Part shown: positions 53,501 through 61,791 of the stretch, piece by piece
Position numbering within the stretch: position 1 is the stretch's first letter
How the letters are laid out: every line of letters starts with the position of its first letter
Assembly: GCA_045598865.1 (NCBI GenBank)
Contig: JAZRVA010000058.1
Location: 15,300 to 79,299 of the forward strand
Source: Clostridia bacterium
GTDB taxonomy: Bacteria; Bacillota; Clostridia; Christensenellales; UBA1242
Direction: 5' to 3'
Length of the DNA stretch: 64,000 bases
Made by a program: the position numbers and the translations under genes
The notes under the pieces: generated by a model
Told to the model about the DNA's origin: nothing
What the model saw: only the letters and a program-made list of their open reading frames with translations
Database searches by the model: none

Positions 53501-53634
53501 TGAAGGGTGAAGATGGTTACTATGCACTTAAAAATGCTATTGGATCTCTTCAATATTGGGAAACAACAAATGGTTACCCAACATTGTCCGGTTTGAACAT
53601 TAGAGATAAAAACACAGTTTTACCAAACTTTTAA
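50509..53634 (+). CDS. GLUG-motif repeat surface protein with N-terminal signal/anchor and a Big_2-like domain (1,041 aa)
   Basis: MKRFLMFLVIAIAVVSLGLTVYYL is a signal/anchor sequence. Recurrent G-G-I/V/L-x-G rungs (IGGIVGRN, AGGIAGLN, FGGIVGEN, AGGVVGIN, FGGVAGLN, VGGLVGFD, AGGITGIS) are typical of GLUG repeats. The start is moved from 50413 to the ATG at 50509, which lies downstream of the promoter. Confidence 0.75.
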   Translation: MKRFLMFLVIAIAVVSLGLTVYYLSADNEVIYIKSSFLVVNKYDNIYVADGNNDLLDFKNRSEYTTLSYSSENDDVLQYNANEGFFTAKVGGESKIIVKTSNSNYARLVVDVLVCDGTPEYPYMINSEAALKKIGTTDEFTTDMCYKLSNNIELTEKWVPIANYSGVFDGNFYTISNVNIDDSCLTTNTDVGFFSTLQKTACVKNLFLTNVNISVSANNVGAIAGSNSGLIQTSQVALATIKNSLESGTSYIGGIVGRNLYDNAVEKIDRCGFDGIITLEKTNKIAGGIAGLNQYGVISESYSRAVVNNNDNNFGGIVGENNGTAKKLANIYDCYYYMPALGENIVPTKVYGIAYQNKEDSQTRNIVTGNYHGGIYLEEAIAGLTADSFESSSNGYLNSKLVNLEPVQFTNKNSFITTKSLDQSKENRYWNFDSVWEIPNKSDYPVLNVYSSVASTYIIDVSNITTDKTITTAQEFYDVLASNTTETYKLARDISFDDFYWGDSTHPIPETFNGSIINPNSYVLSNIKIHNNQENGNVGLVKELSASSVISGLIINKVTIDGEKASRVGVLAAISHGANVYNLTIENVTVNIQGQAYGTVFGFAKSYSGHGINDVNISGVKGENSYFDYAGGVVGINLTDITIEGSVYNNVYAVNLVAHYFGGVAGLNGGKIEKTTAYNITFDKEQNEDSFATIYSGKSNIFVGGICASNEAKVNSVVNKGSVSDVYVSLKINTKTGVSYIIYAGGVAAYNGSNISRAYVTNTKIEVVGSQSVVAGGVVGYNSGLITKSVVDKTCSIDTSITSSVGATKDNDRYILNTNNCSIVGGLVGFDADTTSSSQTIYQCASLMQKIKGYYAGGITGISRGNISQTYCGNSTLVNGGVSITGYMTGGFSAVTAGGYFKTCYAFCALNSVNYGGSYKDVTSALKMDVSCMGGFSVFVFGTASVENSYCVVSFNGNGVSYASCAQGYNGGTINNCAYETVGSVSTSYGTHVLKENMKGEDGYYALKNAIGSLQYWETTNGYPTLSGLNIRDKNTVLPNF

Positions 53635-53711
53635 TAACAATTTAATAGTTCTAAAAACAAAATCATATCAAAGCGTTTTGGCAAAAACTTTTTTAAAAAC
53701 AAATTCAAATA

Positions 53712-53748
53712 AAAAAAGCAAGAAAGTTAACCTTCCTTGTTTTTTTTA
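53712..53748. terminator. Probable bidirectional terminator between the GLUG gene and spoVG
   Basis: Stem caagaaag / cttccttg (one mismatch), 5-nt loop, A7 upstream and T8 downstream. Confidence 0.5.
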
Positions 53749-53818
53749 GTGCAAAATAAAATTAATAGTGACTAAAACTAGCATTATCAAAAAAATATTA
53801 ACATATAGTTAGTAAAAA

Positions 53819-54088
53819 TTATTCTGCTTCTTTTTGAGCTTTTTCAAATTCTGCCAAAATAATTGACCTAATTTCTTCTCTTGTTTCTGTGTTAAGTGGG
53901 TGAACAATGTCTTTGTATTCGCCATCTAAAGTTTTTCTGCTAGGCATTGCAATAAAATATCCTTGGTTGCCTTCAATAACCTTAATGTCGTGAACAACAA
54001 AGCAATCATCAATTGTGATTGAAGCAACAGCTTTAAGTTTGTTGTCGTCCTTTTTAATAATCCTTACTCTTACATCTGAAATTTTCAA
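53819..54088 (-). CDS. spoVG: Septation protein SpoVG
   Basis: [52 protein letters not shown] is a near-canonical SpoVG N-terminus. Confidence 0.92.
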   Translation of the reverse strand: MKISDVRVRIIKKDDNKLKAVASITIDDCFVVHDIKVIEGNQGYFIAMPSRKTLDGEYKDIVHPLNTETREEIRSIILAEFEKAQKEAE

Positions 54089-54212
54089 AGTCTCATACCT
54101 TCCTTTTTAATAGCTAGCATTACTTTCTAACCTAACAAAATTTTAAAACAAAAAATTAAAAAAAGCAAACAAATAAATAAACTTTGTTTCAAAAATTTCA
54201 TATACAAATATT

Positions 54213-55580
54213 ATGGTAAAAAATTTAAAAAACTATAACAAAATTTTTTTAGTAGGTATTGCGGGGGTTAGTATGAGCGGCTTGGCCCTAATTTTAAAAA
54301 ATATGGGCAAAAATGTTTTTGGCAGCGATACCAGCCAAAATGCCTTAACAAAAACATTAAAACAAAATAAAATCAAAGTTTTTTCAAGGCATAATGCAAA
54401 AAATATTAAAGGGGCAGATTTGGTGGTTTTTTCTGGTGCAATAGGCCCTTCAAACCCAGAAATTATTGAAGCGAAAAAACAGGGCGTGGAGGTTATAGAA
54501 AGGTCGGAGTTATTAAACTTAGTCAGCCAGCAATTTAATAATGTAATTGCCGTTTCTGGCACGCACGGCAAAACCACCACAACGGCCATGATTGCACACA
54601 TTTTTTTAGTTTGTGGGTTAAACCCAACAGTTCATTTAGGTGGCATATATGAGCAAATTGGCGGGAACATTTTTTTGGGTGGTAAAAAGTTTTTTATAAC
54701 CGAAGCCTGTGAGTTTAGAAACAGTTTTTTAACTCTCAAACCAAATGTTTCTGTAATAAACAACATAGAACCAGAACATATGGATTTTTTTAAAACCACT
54801 AAAAGCGAAAACACTTCGTTTAATGCTTTTGCAACCCAAACAAATGATATTTGTTTTGCCAGTCAAAAGTGTATAAAAAAAATGAAAAGCAACCAGGCGA
54901 ACATTAAAAGTTATGGAACAAACCCCTCTTGTTATATTCAAGCAAAAAATATAAAAAATGACGAAAATGGCAAATATTCCTTTGATTGTTATAAGCAAAA
55001 TTGTTTTTTAGGCAAAATAAAACTTAATATTTACGGCAAACACAATATACAAAACGCCCTGGCAGCAATATGTGTTTGTTTACAATATAAAATTGATTTT
55101 AATGTTATTTACTTGGGCCTAAAAACTTTTGAAGGCGTAAAAAGAAGGTTTGAGTATGTGGGGCTATATAAAAATTGCCAAATAATAAGCGATTATGCCC
55201 ACCACCCAACCGAAATTTCAGCCGCCATAAAAACTTGCCACGAAGTTTTTAACAAAAAAATAGTGTGCATTTTTCAACCGCACACTTATTCAAGAACAAA
55301 AACATTAATTAACGAGTTTACCGCTTGCTTTAAAAATGTTGACGAATTATATTTGCTCAGCACTTATCCATCACGAGAAAAATTTGATTTTTACGGAAGT
55401 GCTGAATATTTAAAACAAAAATTACTGGCGAATAATTTGCCATGCAAAATAATTGGTGTATATAAAAAAAGAACTTTTTTAAGAAAAATAAAAAAAAGGA
55501 GGTTGGCAAATCAGGTGTTATTGTTTTTAGGCGCAGGGGATATAGAAACTTTGCCTCAAAAGTTGGCAAAAAGCCCATAA
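54213..55580 (+). CDS. murC: UDP-N-acetylmuramate--L-alanine ligase
   Basis: N-terminal GIAGVSMSGLA Rossmann motif and GTHGKTTTTAM P-loop. Mur ligase length is 455 aa, with DYAHHPTEI in the C-terminal domain. Confidence 0.9.
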   Translation: MVKNLKNYNKIFLVGIAGVSMSGLALILKNMGKNVFGSDTSQNALTKTLKQNKIKVFSRHNAKNIKGADLVVFSGAIGPSNPEIIEAKKQGVEVIERSELLNLVSQQFNNVIAVSGTHGKTTTTAMIAHIFLVCGLNPTVHLGGIYEQIGGNIFLGGKKFFITEACEFRNSFLTLKPNVSVINNIEPEHMDFFKTTKSENTSFNAFATQTNDICFASQKCIKKMKSNQANIKSYGTNPSCYIQAKNIKNDENGKYSFDCYKQNCFLGKIKLNIYGKHNIQNALAAICVCLQYKIDFNVIYLGLKTFEGVKRRFEYVGLYKNCQIISDYAHHPTEISAAIKTCHEVFNKKIVCIFQPHTYSRTKTLINEFTACFKNVDELYLLSTYPSREKFDFYGSAEYLKQKLLANNLPCKIIGVYKKRTFLRKIKKRRLANQVLLFLGAGDIETLPQKLAKSP

Positions 55581-55615
55581 AAAAAAGAACAGCAATTTTT
55601 GCTGTTCTTTGCTTT
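55580..55615. terminator. Bidirectional terminator between murC and rpmE
   Basis: 8-bp stem agaacagc / gctgttct, 7-nt loop, A8 upstream and a T-rich run downstream. Confidence 0.7.
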
Positions 55616-55819
55616 TTACAAACCATGTTTCTTTTGAAATTTTTCAACTTTACCACTAGCATCAACAATTTTTTGTTTGCCAGTAAAAAATGGGTGACAT
55701 TTATTGCAAATATCAATTTTCAATTTGTCGCCTGGTTTTGTTGTTTTGGTAACAAATTTTTCACCGCATGCACATTCCACTTCAACTTCGTGATAATTTG
55801 GTTGTATTTCCTTGTTCAT
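55616..55819 (-). CDS. rpmE: 50S ribosomal protein L31 (zinc-binding type A)
   Basis: [27 protein letters not shown]...[13 protein letters not shown] has CxCG and CxxC pairs. A strong aggagga SD lies upstream of the ATG at 55819. The ORF-track start at 55891 is an upstream extension. Confidence 0.92.
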   Translation of the reverse strand: MNKEIQPNYHEVEVECACGEKFVTKTTKPGDKLKIDICNKCHPFFTGKQKIVDASGKVEKFQKKHGL

Positions 55820-56029
55820 AACTAATCCTCCTGCAAAGACAAAATTAATTTTTACAAAGCAAAGTATAAAACAAAACGCAATAATAGTCAATATTTTTCT
55901 TTCGAAAAGTTAATAAAATATAATTTAAATGTAAATAATTAAAAAACTATTTTTGTTTGACTTTAAACCAAAATGAGTTATATAATAAATTGTTAATAAT
56001 TATTTAGTAGTATTTTGAGGAATTTTGTT

Positions 56030-56998
56030 ATGAAAAAATCAGCAGTAAAAATTTCTGGAATAATCACAACTATCATTTTTTTATTACTTTTCGCTCTTTC
56101 TATTTTAAACTTGGGCGAGTATTTTGAAATAGGTTTTTTAACAAACCTAATTTCTTCTGTCGATATTTTAAAAACCATTGTTTCGTTAGTAAATGTTGTT
56201 TTTGTGTTGTCACTAAACCTATTAATTTCACTCATAACCACAGCAATAGAAACTGCAACTGTTGGCAAAGTTGTAAGTGCTGTGTTAGCAGTGTTTTGTC
56301 TTATAATGTTTGTTTGGGGTATTAAAGAAATAACAATTTCTCACAAGGATGACGAAAGTTTTGCCCGTTGCCACAAAACTTGTGCCTTCATGGTGTTTAC
56401 AAAATTTATGTTCTTCCTATACGTTACAGTGGTAATTGCTTTAACTTTTGTTTTAGATTCATTTAAAACCCTTGCACAAAATTTCAGCTCAGTTTTAGGA
56501 CTTGAAAATGGTTTTTATTATGTAACAGGAGCTCTTGCTCTTGTGTCATTCTTGTTATTTATTTTGCCTGCTTCAAATTTTACAAAAGCAAAAAAAGCAT
56601 ATGCAAATCAGGGTGCAGAGCAATCAACATTTGCAGCTCAAAATGGTTTCCAAAATCCACAAGGTGGTTATGTTCCTCAACCAACAATGCAAGCAAATAT
56701 GCCTCCAATGCCAGGCTATGCTCCACAAACTAATGTCCAACAAACCAATTTTGCTCAACCAGCGCAAAATCCACAACCAGCAGCTGGTGTTCTACAGCAG
56801 CCAGCAGAAGTCGTGCAAAACGCCACACAAACTAATGTGGTAGAGTTGGTTCCTGGTCAAAATGGCGTTCCACAAAACATATCAGAAAAGGGCTTGCAGG
56901 ATCTTCAAAGGTTAGTAAGGCTTAAAGCCATGGGCAGTATTTCAGACGAGAATTACAATGCAATGTGGCAAAAAATTTGCCAAACCAATCTAAATTAA
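56030..56998 (+). CDS. Multi-pass membrane protein with a Q/P-rich linker and a SHOCT-like C-terminal tail
   Basis: Several hydrophobic helices are followed by QNGFQNPQGGYVPQPTMQANMPPMPGYAPQTNVQQ. The tail GLQDLQRLVRLKAMGSISDENYNAMWQKI resembles the SHOCT motif. The ATG at 56030 has gagga 8 nt upstream, whereas the track start at 56015 is a TTG. Confidence 0.55.
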   Translation: MKKSAVKISGIITTIIFLLLFALSILNLGEYFEIGFLTNLISSVDILKTIVSLVNVVFVLSLNLLISLITTAIETATVGKVVSAVLAVFCLIMFVWGIKEITISHKDDESFARCHKTCAFMVFTKFMFFLYVTVVIALTFVLDSFKTLAQNFSSVLGLENGFYYVTGALALVSFLLFILPASNFTKAKKAYANQGAEQSTFAAQNGFQNPQGGYVPQPTMQANMPPMPGYAPQTNVQQTNFAQPAQNPQPAAGVLQQPAEVVQNATQTNVVELVPGQNGVPQNISEKGLQDLQRLVRLKAMGSISDENYNAMWQKICQTNLN

Positions 56999-57015
56999 TT
57001 TGTTTGGAGATAAAA

Positions 57016-59412
57016 ATGTTTAAAAAAAGTTTTCATTTTTTAAGGTATGCTTTTTTCACATGTTTGTTGTTTGCAGCAACCTTATTTTTCTGTGAAAACT
57101 TTTTTTGTTTTACTCCACAAACTTTAAAAGCCGAAAGTGTGCAAATTGCCTTTTCTCAAAACCTTTCCACATCTTCGGAGCTTGTAATAGAAAGCATAAC
57201 AGCCAAATATCCATCAAAAGTATATGACGGCACAACTTTGGTTGAGTTAGAAGTTGTTGTTTCAAATTTTGCGTTTGAAGATAACGTTTCTGTAATTGCC
57301 TATGGCAATACCCCAGACGCAAATGTGGGTGAGAATAAATATGTTTTTTTTAACACGCAGAATTTTGAAATCACAAGTTCTTTAAACAACCAATACACTT
57401 TACCAGAAAAGACAGATGATGATTTTGATAAAATACTTTTTAACATAACAAAGCAACCAACAGAATTAACCTGGGTCACAACTTTCCACCCAAGTTCTTA
57501 CACATATTCCGGACAGAATCAAATGTCAACCGTAAAAGCCTATTACGTAAAGGAATATTACCAAAGTGAACAGGCATATTTTGATAGTGATTTAAAAAGG
57601 GAACCGGTTTATTTGCAGCTTTCGTGGACGGGTAGTTGCCAAGAAGGCAACTTTAACTATGTTTACTTAAATGAGTTTAAAAATCACGGCACATACAAGG
57701 CAACCGCAATTTTAGGAGAGCAGGAAGCGAATTTTGAAATTCAAAATTCTTCTCAGTGGTTCACAATGGCAAGGGCCGAATCGCAAATAGAAATTGTGGG
57801 TAATAAAAATTTTACATACACTGGCGCAGAGCAAGATGCCAGCAGAAATGCCACAATGGCGGTGTTGAATAACCAAGAACAAACAATCACAAGTTCTTGT
57901 TATTCAAATTTTAGGTTCACCACAGTAAGTCAAGGCAATAACTTAACGGTTCAAATCAATGTTCCTCAAAGTCAAAATTATACATCAGCCGAAACAACAT
58001 ATACCATAAATGTTTCAAAAGCACCATGTAATATAAACATCGATAATATCCCAAGTTATACATACATAAAGGATACCACCCAATATGTCACAGGTGCCAC
58101 AATAGATAATACCGAGCAAGTTTTAAAATATGCCAACAATAGTTTTCAAACCGTTGCAGAGGGTAATTCTTTAATGGTTGTTGCCTATGTTGAAGAATCC
58201 GAAAATTATTTATCAAATTCTGTAACATTTCCAATTGTTGTTGAAAGGCAAATAGTAGATGTGTCAGACCTTGTTTGGAGCAGTATTAATGCAAATTCTA
58301 GTTATGACAAAACAAGAAAGTCGGTTGTTCTTGCAAATTACAATTCCGATTTAGTTTATTTGCAATATGAAAACGCAACCAAAGTTGACGCGGGAGATTA
58401 TGTTGCAAGCGTAAAAATTTATTTGGTAGACGAAGAAAATTTTGAATTAATTGGACATGTTGAAAATTTAAATTGGTCTATAAAAAAAGCAAAAATAAAA
58501 AAGCCAACAATTACAAATTTGGTTTCAAAATACACGGGATCATTGCAGTATGCAAATATCTCATCAGATACCAAAAACAATTATGTTCTTATAAATAACA
58601 GTCAAACAAATGCCGGTAATTACAAAGTAACCATAAGATTAAAAGATTTGTTTAACACCCAGTGGGCAGACGAAACCATTGATGATATTTACGTGGATTG
58701 GAAAATAGAAAAAAAAGAATTAGACACTCCACAATTCAAAAATATCTTGGTTTATAACGCAAAAAATCAAAAACTTAATATTCCAGAATCAGATTTGTAT
58801 TCTGTAATAGAAAATTATAAATCAGAAGTTGGAAATTATGAGAGTTATGTTGTCTTGTCCGACCCATTAAACTACAAATGGGCAGATAGTAGTAGCAGCA
58901 TTTTAACCTTAAAATGGCAAATCATCTCAAATGATAATTACAACACAGCCACCCCTATAATCACAATTATTATAGCGGTTATATTAGTTGCCTTGGCTTC
59001 CGTTTCCATAACGCTTCACTTCACAATTAAGGCAAAAAGAAGAAAGCACAAAAAACTTTTGCCTCAAACCGCACAGGCAGCCCAAAGCATTAGCACAAAT
59101 ACTGTAAAGAGCACTAAGTTGCCAAAACAAACCACAACCAACAAGCTAATTGCACAACCAAAAAAACAAAAAGAAATTGTAAAAAATGTTGTAAACAAAT
59201 CAAAAACAAACAAACAGCCTGTTAAAAGCAAAAAACCTAGTGCCGTTACAAACAAAAATCATGAAGAAGAAAAATCTAGAAAAAAACGTATGATTTCTAT
59301 GAAAAAGAAAGACAAACGTAAACGTCGTCAAGAAGAAATCAAAAAGAAGGTTGTTGCAAGTAAACCACCGGCAAAAAGGGGAAGACCTCCAAAAAATAAA
59401 AGAAAAAAATAG
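57016..59412 (+). CDS. Surface protein with MBG/Ig-like modules, one C-terminal TM helix and a ~125-aa Lys/Arg-rich tail
   Basis: The signal peptide region is MFKKSFHFLRYAFFTCLLFAATLFF. SKVYDGTTLVELE is an MBG-like start. Junctions NLNWSIKKAKI, VDWKIEKKEL and LKWQIISN resemble those of giant gene 2. The TM helix is PIITIIIAVILVALASVSITLHF. The tail ends KPPAKRGRPPKNKRKK. ggaga SD lies 6 nt before the ATG at 57016. Confidence 0.7.
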   Translation: MFKKSFHFLRYAFFTCLLFAATLFFCENFFCFTPQTLKAESVQIAFSQNLSTSSELVIESITAKYPSKVYDGTTLVELEVVVSNFAFEDNVSVIAYGNTPDANVGENKYVFFNTQNFEITSSLNNQYTLPEKTDDDFDKILFNITKQPTELTWVTTFHPSSYTYSGQNQMSTVKAYYVKEYYQSEQAYFDSDLKREPVYLQLSWTGSCQEGNFNYVYLNEFKNHGTYKATAILGEQEANFEIQNSSQWFTMARAESQIEIVGNKNFTYTGAEQDASRNATMAVLNNQEQTITSSCYSNFRFTTVSQGNNLTVQINVPQSQNYTSAETTYTINVSKAPCNINIDNIPSYTYIKDTTQYVTGATIDNTEQVLKYANNSFQTVAEGNSLMVVAYVEESENYLSNSVTFPIVVERQIVDVSDLVWSSINANSSYDKTRKSVVLANYNSDLVYLQYENATKVDAGDYVASVKIYLVDEENFELIGHVENLNWSIKKAKIKKPTITNLVSKYTGSLQYANISSDTKNNYVLINNSQTNAGNYKVTIRLKDLFNTQWADETIDDIYVDWKIEKKELDTPQFKNILVYNAKNQKLNIPESDLYSVIENYKSEVGNYESYVVLSDPLNYKWADSSSSILTLKWQIISNDNYNTATPIITIIIAVILVALASVSITLHFTIKAKRRKHKKLLPQTAQAAQSISTNTVKSTKLPKQTTTNKLIAQPKKQKEIVKNVVNKSKTNKQPVKSKKPSAVTNKNHEEEKSRKKRMISMKKKDKRKRRQEEIKKKVVASKPPAKRGRPPKNKRKK

Positions 59413-59445
59413 AAAAAAAGAGACACAAAAATCTCTTTTTTTTTA
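59413..59445. terminator. Probable terminator (AT-rich stem plus T9)
   Basis: aaaaaagaga-cacaaaaa-tctcttttttttt. Confidence 0.45.
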
Positions 59446-59478
59446 TCGCACTAAAACATTTAAACTATTTTTTAAATT

Positions 59479-60048
59479 TTAATTTCTAATAACATAAATA
59501 TTGTCATTCTCATTAAACTTAATGATTTTTGACGCTAAAGATTTGTTTTCTTTTAAACTTTTAAAAACGGTTACATTTTTCCCTTGTAAAAATCTTGTTA
59601 CTTCTTCAAAACTGTCTAATGGCTCTTCTTTTTCAAAGTTAACAGATGTAGAAGGCAGTGGGAAATCAATTTTTTTTAAAATTTTTTGGCACAAATCGTT
59701 TTTTGGCATTCTAAGAGCAATAGTCTCTTTGTTTTCATAAAAACTCAGCAAATTACTTTTTTTGTTAAAATCAAAAACTATACTCACTGGCCCAGGCCAA
59801 AGATTTTTTATTATGTCTTTTTTCTTCTTATTAAAATTGCATACGTATTTTTTAATGTTTTCATTGTCTTTTATTAAAAATATAAAAGGCTTTGCCAAAT
59901 CCCTTTTTTTTAATTTATATAAGCTTTCAATGGCAGATTGGTTATATGGGCTAACGCTTAACCCCCAAATTGTATCTGTTTTAAAACAAATTATTTTGCC
60001 ATCTTTTAAATCTGTTATCAATTCTTCAATGCTTTCTGTAATTTTCAT
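59479..60048 (-). CDS. tsaC: YrdC/Sua5-domain protein (L-threonylcarbamoyladenylate synthase, short TsaC type)
   Basis: KTDTIWGLSVSP...LYKLKKRDLAKPFIFLI, WPGPVSIVF, ALRMP and PLPSTSVN motifs are present. At 189 aa there is no Sua5 C-terminal domain. Confidence 0.75.
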   Translation of the reverse strand: MKITESIEELITDLKDGKIICFKTDTIWGLSVSPYNQSAIESLYKLKKRDLAKPFIFLIKDNENIKKYVCNFNKKKKDIIKNLWPGPVSIVFDFNKKSNLLSFYENKETIALRMPKNDLCQKILKKIDFPLPSTSVNFEKEEPLDSFEEVTRFLQGKNVTVFKSLKENKSLASKIIKFNENDNIYVIRN

Positions 60049-60050
60049 TT

Positions 60051-60515
60051 TTAGTTGTCATAAACTCCAAATATTTCACACTCAGCAAGAATTTTGCCCT
60101 TCATTTGTTCTTCAAGTTGATTTATCAAAAAATCTCCCCTCAAATTTAACTTGTCGTTTAACGCAAAAACCCTCAATCTGTAATTATGAGGTCTGTCTGG
60201 TGGGCAAGGCCCGCCATAACAATTCTCGTTCCAGCTGTTTTTCCCCTGCACAAAATCAAAGCTGTTCAAACTCTCGTCCTCTTCCAAATTAGTCCTAGTC
60301 AAATTGCACACTAACCAGTGAATCCACACATATCTACACACTTTAACAGAGCCCGGATCGTCAAAAATTATCGCAAAACTTTTTGTACCCTTTGGTGCAT
60401 CTTTAATTTGAATTGGCAAAGAATATGTTGGCATGCCAAATTTTTTAATATTACTTCTTTTTCCAAATTTATCCAAAATTTTCCCGTTAACAATACCTTT
60501 TGAAACAACTTGCAT
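60051..60515 (-). CDS. YbhB/YbcL-family PEBP (Raf-kinase-inhibitor-like) protein
   Basis: FAIIFDDPG...WIHWLVCN...YGGPCPPDRPHNYRLRVFAL is the bacterial PEBP signature. The start is set at the ATG at 60515 (MQVVSKG). The stop lies 2 nt from the tsaC start, suggesting an operon. Confidence 0.8.
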   Translation of the reverse strand: MQVVSKGIVNGKILDKFGKRSNIKKFGMPTYSLPIQIKDAPKGTKSFAIIFDDPGSVKVCRYVWIHWLVCNLTRTNLEEDESLNSFDFVQGKNSWNENCYGGPCPPDRPHNYRLRVFALNDKLNLRGDFLINQLEEQMKGKILAECEIFGVYDN

Positions 60516-60611
60516 TTTGTAAAACCTTCTTTCTAAGAATTTTAGCACCAAAATCCTTTTATTACAACAAATTCGTTGTTTTAAATTTTAAAATTATTTA
60601 TAATAATTTAC

Positions 60612-61253
60612 ATGAAAACACTCCAAACGGATTACAAAAATGTTGACCTGTCTATGTTCCATAATTTTAAAAATGTAAAGGTTATCGTTTTTGATTTTGA
60701 TGACACACTTTACAAATATCTGCCATGGAATAATTATAACCAGTATTTTTTAAAACGTTTTAAAAAATTGTTTCCCAACTTTTCAAAAAAGCAGTTTGAA
60801 GAATTAGTAATAAAGTATAATTTAAAAGAAACTTACAGAGTAACCGAAACAGCCGCTCAAATTATGGTTGATATGAAAATGGACACAAAACAACTAGTAA
60901 ATCTGCTAAGAAAAATAAAGTTTTCCACAGAGTGGTCCAAGGGCCAAGTTTTCCCGCAAAAAATAACGCGAGCCCTTGCCAAAAACTATAATCTTTATAT
61001 CGTGTCCAATAGTTCACCAGAAAACATAAAATATGTTTCCAGAAAACTAAAAATAAACTTAAAATACTTCAAAGCAATTCTTTCAAACAATTTTATCCCA
61101 AAAGACTTAACCAAAATGGCAAGACTTAAAGATATTTTTATTCTGGAAGAAGGCATAAAACCACAAGAGATATTAATGGTGGGAGATAGCATGCAATATG
61201 ACATTTTGCCAGCCAAAGCACTTGGTATGCAAACAATGATTATTAAAAATTAA
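60612..61253 (+). CDS. HAD-superfamily hydrolase
   Basis: Motif I VIVFDFDDTLY, motif II IVSNSS and motif IV MVGDSMQYDI. Confidence 0.7.
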   Translation: MKTLQTDYKNVDLSMFHNFKNVKVIVFDFDDTLYKYLPWNNYNQYFLKRFKKLFPNFSKKQFEELVIKYNLKETYRVTETAAQIMVDMKMDTKQLVNLLRKIKFSTEWSKGQVFPQKITRALAKNYNLYIVSNSSPENIKYVSRKLKINLKYFKAILSNNFIPKDLTKMARLKDIFILEEGIKPQEILMVGDSMQYDILPAKALGMQTMIIKN

Positions 61254-61270
61254 TTAGGAGAAAAATAAAA

Positions 61271-61747
61271 ATGTGCGAAGATAACAAATTTAAAGAACTA
61301 AAAAAGAGAATAACCTTAATTAAAAACATGAAGGGTGCCACAATCCTCTGCTTGCAAGAAGCTCAAAACACATATGGCTATTTAACACCAGAAATTATAG
61401 AGATGATTGCAGATGTTTTAGGCGTCGCAGAGGAAAGAGTGTATGAAGTTGCAAGCTTTTATTCACAATTCAAACTCCAAAAAATCGGCAAACATAGGGT
61501 TTCTGTGTGTCTAGGCACTGCCTGCTATGTTAAGGGTGCAGAAGAAATCATGAAGCAAGCACAAAAAGTTTTAAATATAGATGAAGGCGAAACAACACAA
61601 GATGGCTTTTATAGTCTAGATAGTGTAAGATGCGTTGGCTGTTGTTCATTGGCACCACTAATGATGATTGATGAAAAACTTTATGCAAAAGTTTTGCCTT
61701 CTCAGGTGCAAAAAATATTAGAAGATTTTAAAAATGAAAACAAGTAA
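61271..61747 (+). CDS. hydC: NuoE-like [2Fe-2S] subunit of an NAD(P)-linked [FeFe]-hydrogenase
   Basis: VCLGTACYVKG and VRCVGCCSLAP cysteine pairs are present. The size (158 aa) and its position directly upstream of a NuoF-like gene fit this role. Confidence 0.8.
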   Translation: MCEDNKFKELKKRITLIKNMKGATILCLQEAQNTYGYLTPEIIEMIADVLGVAEERVYEVASFYSQFKLQKIGKHRVSVCLGTACYVKGAEEIMKQAQKVLNIDEGETTQDGFYSLDSVRCVGCCSLAPLMMIDEKLYAKVLPSQVQKILEDFKNENK

Positions 61748-61791
61748 TTATGGCAGTAAAATAAAAGTGTTTTTTAAAAAGGAATATTAAT

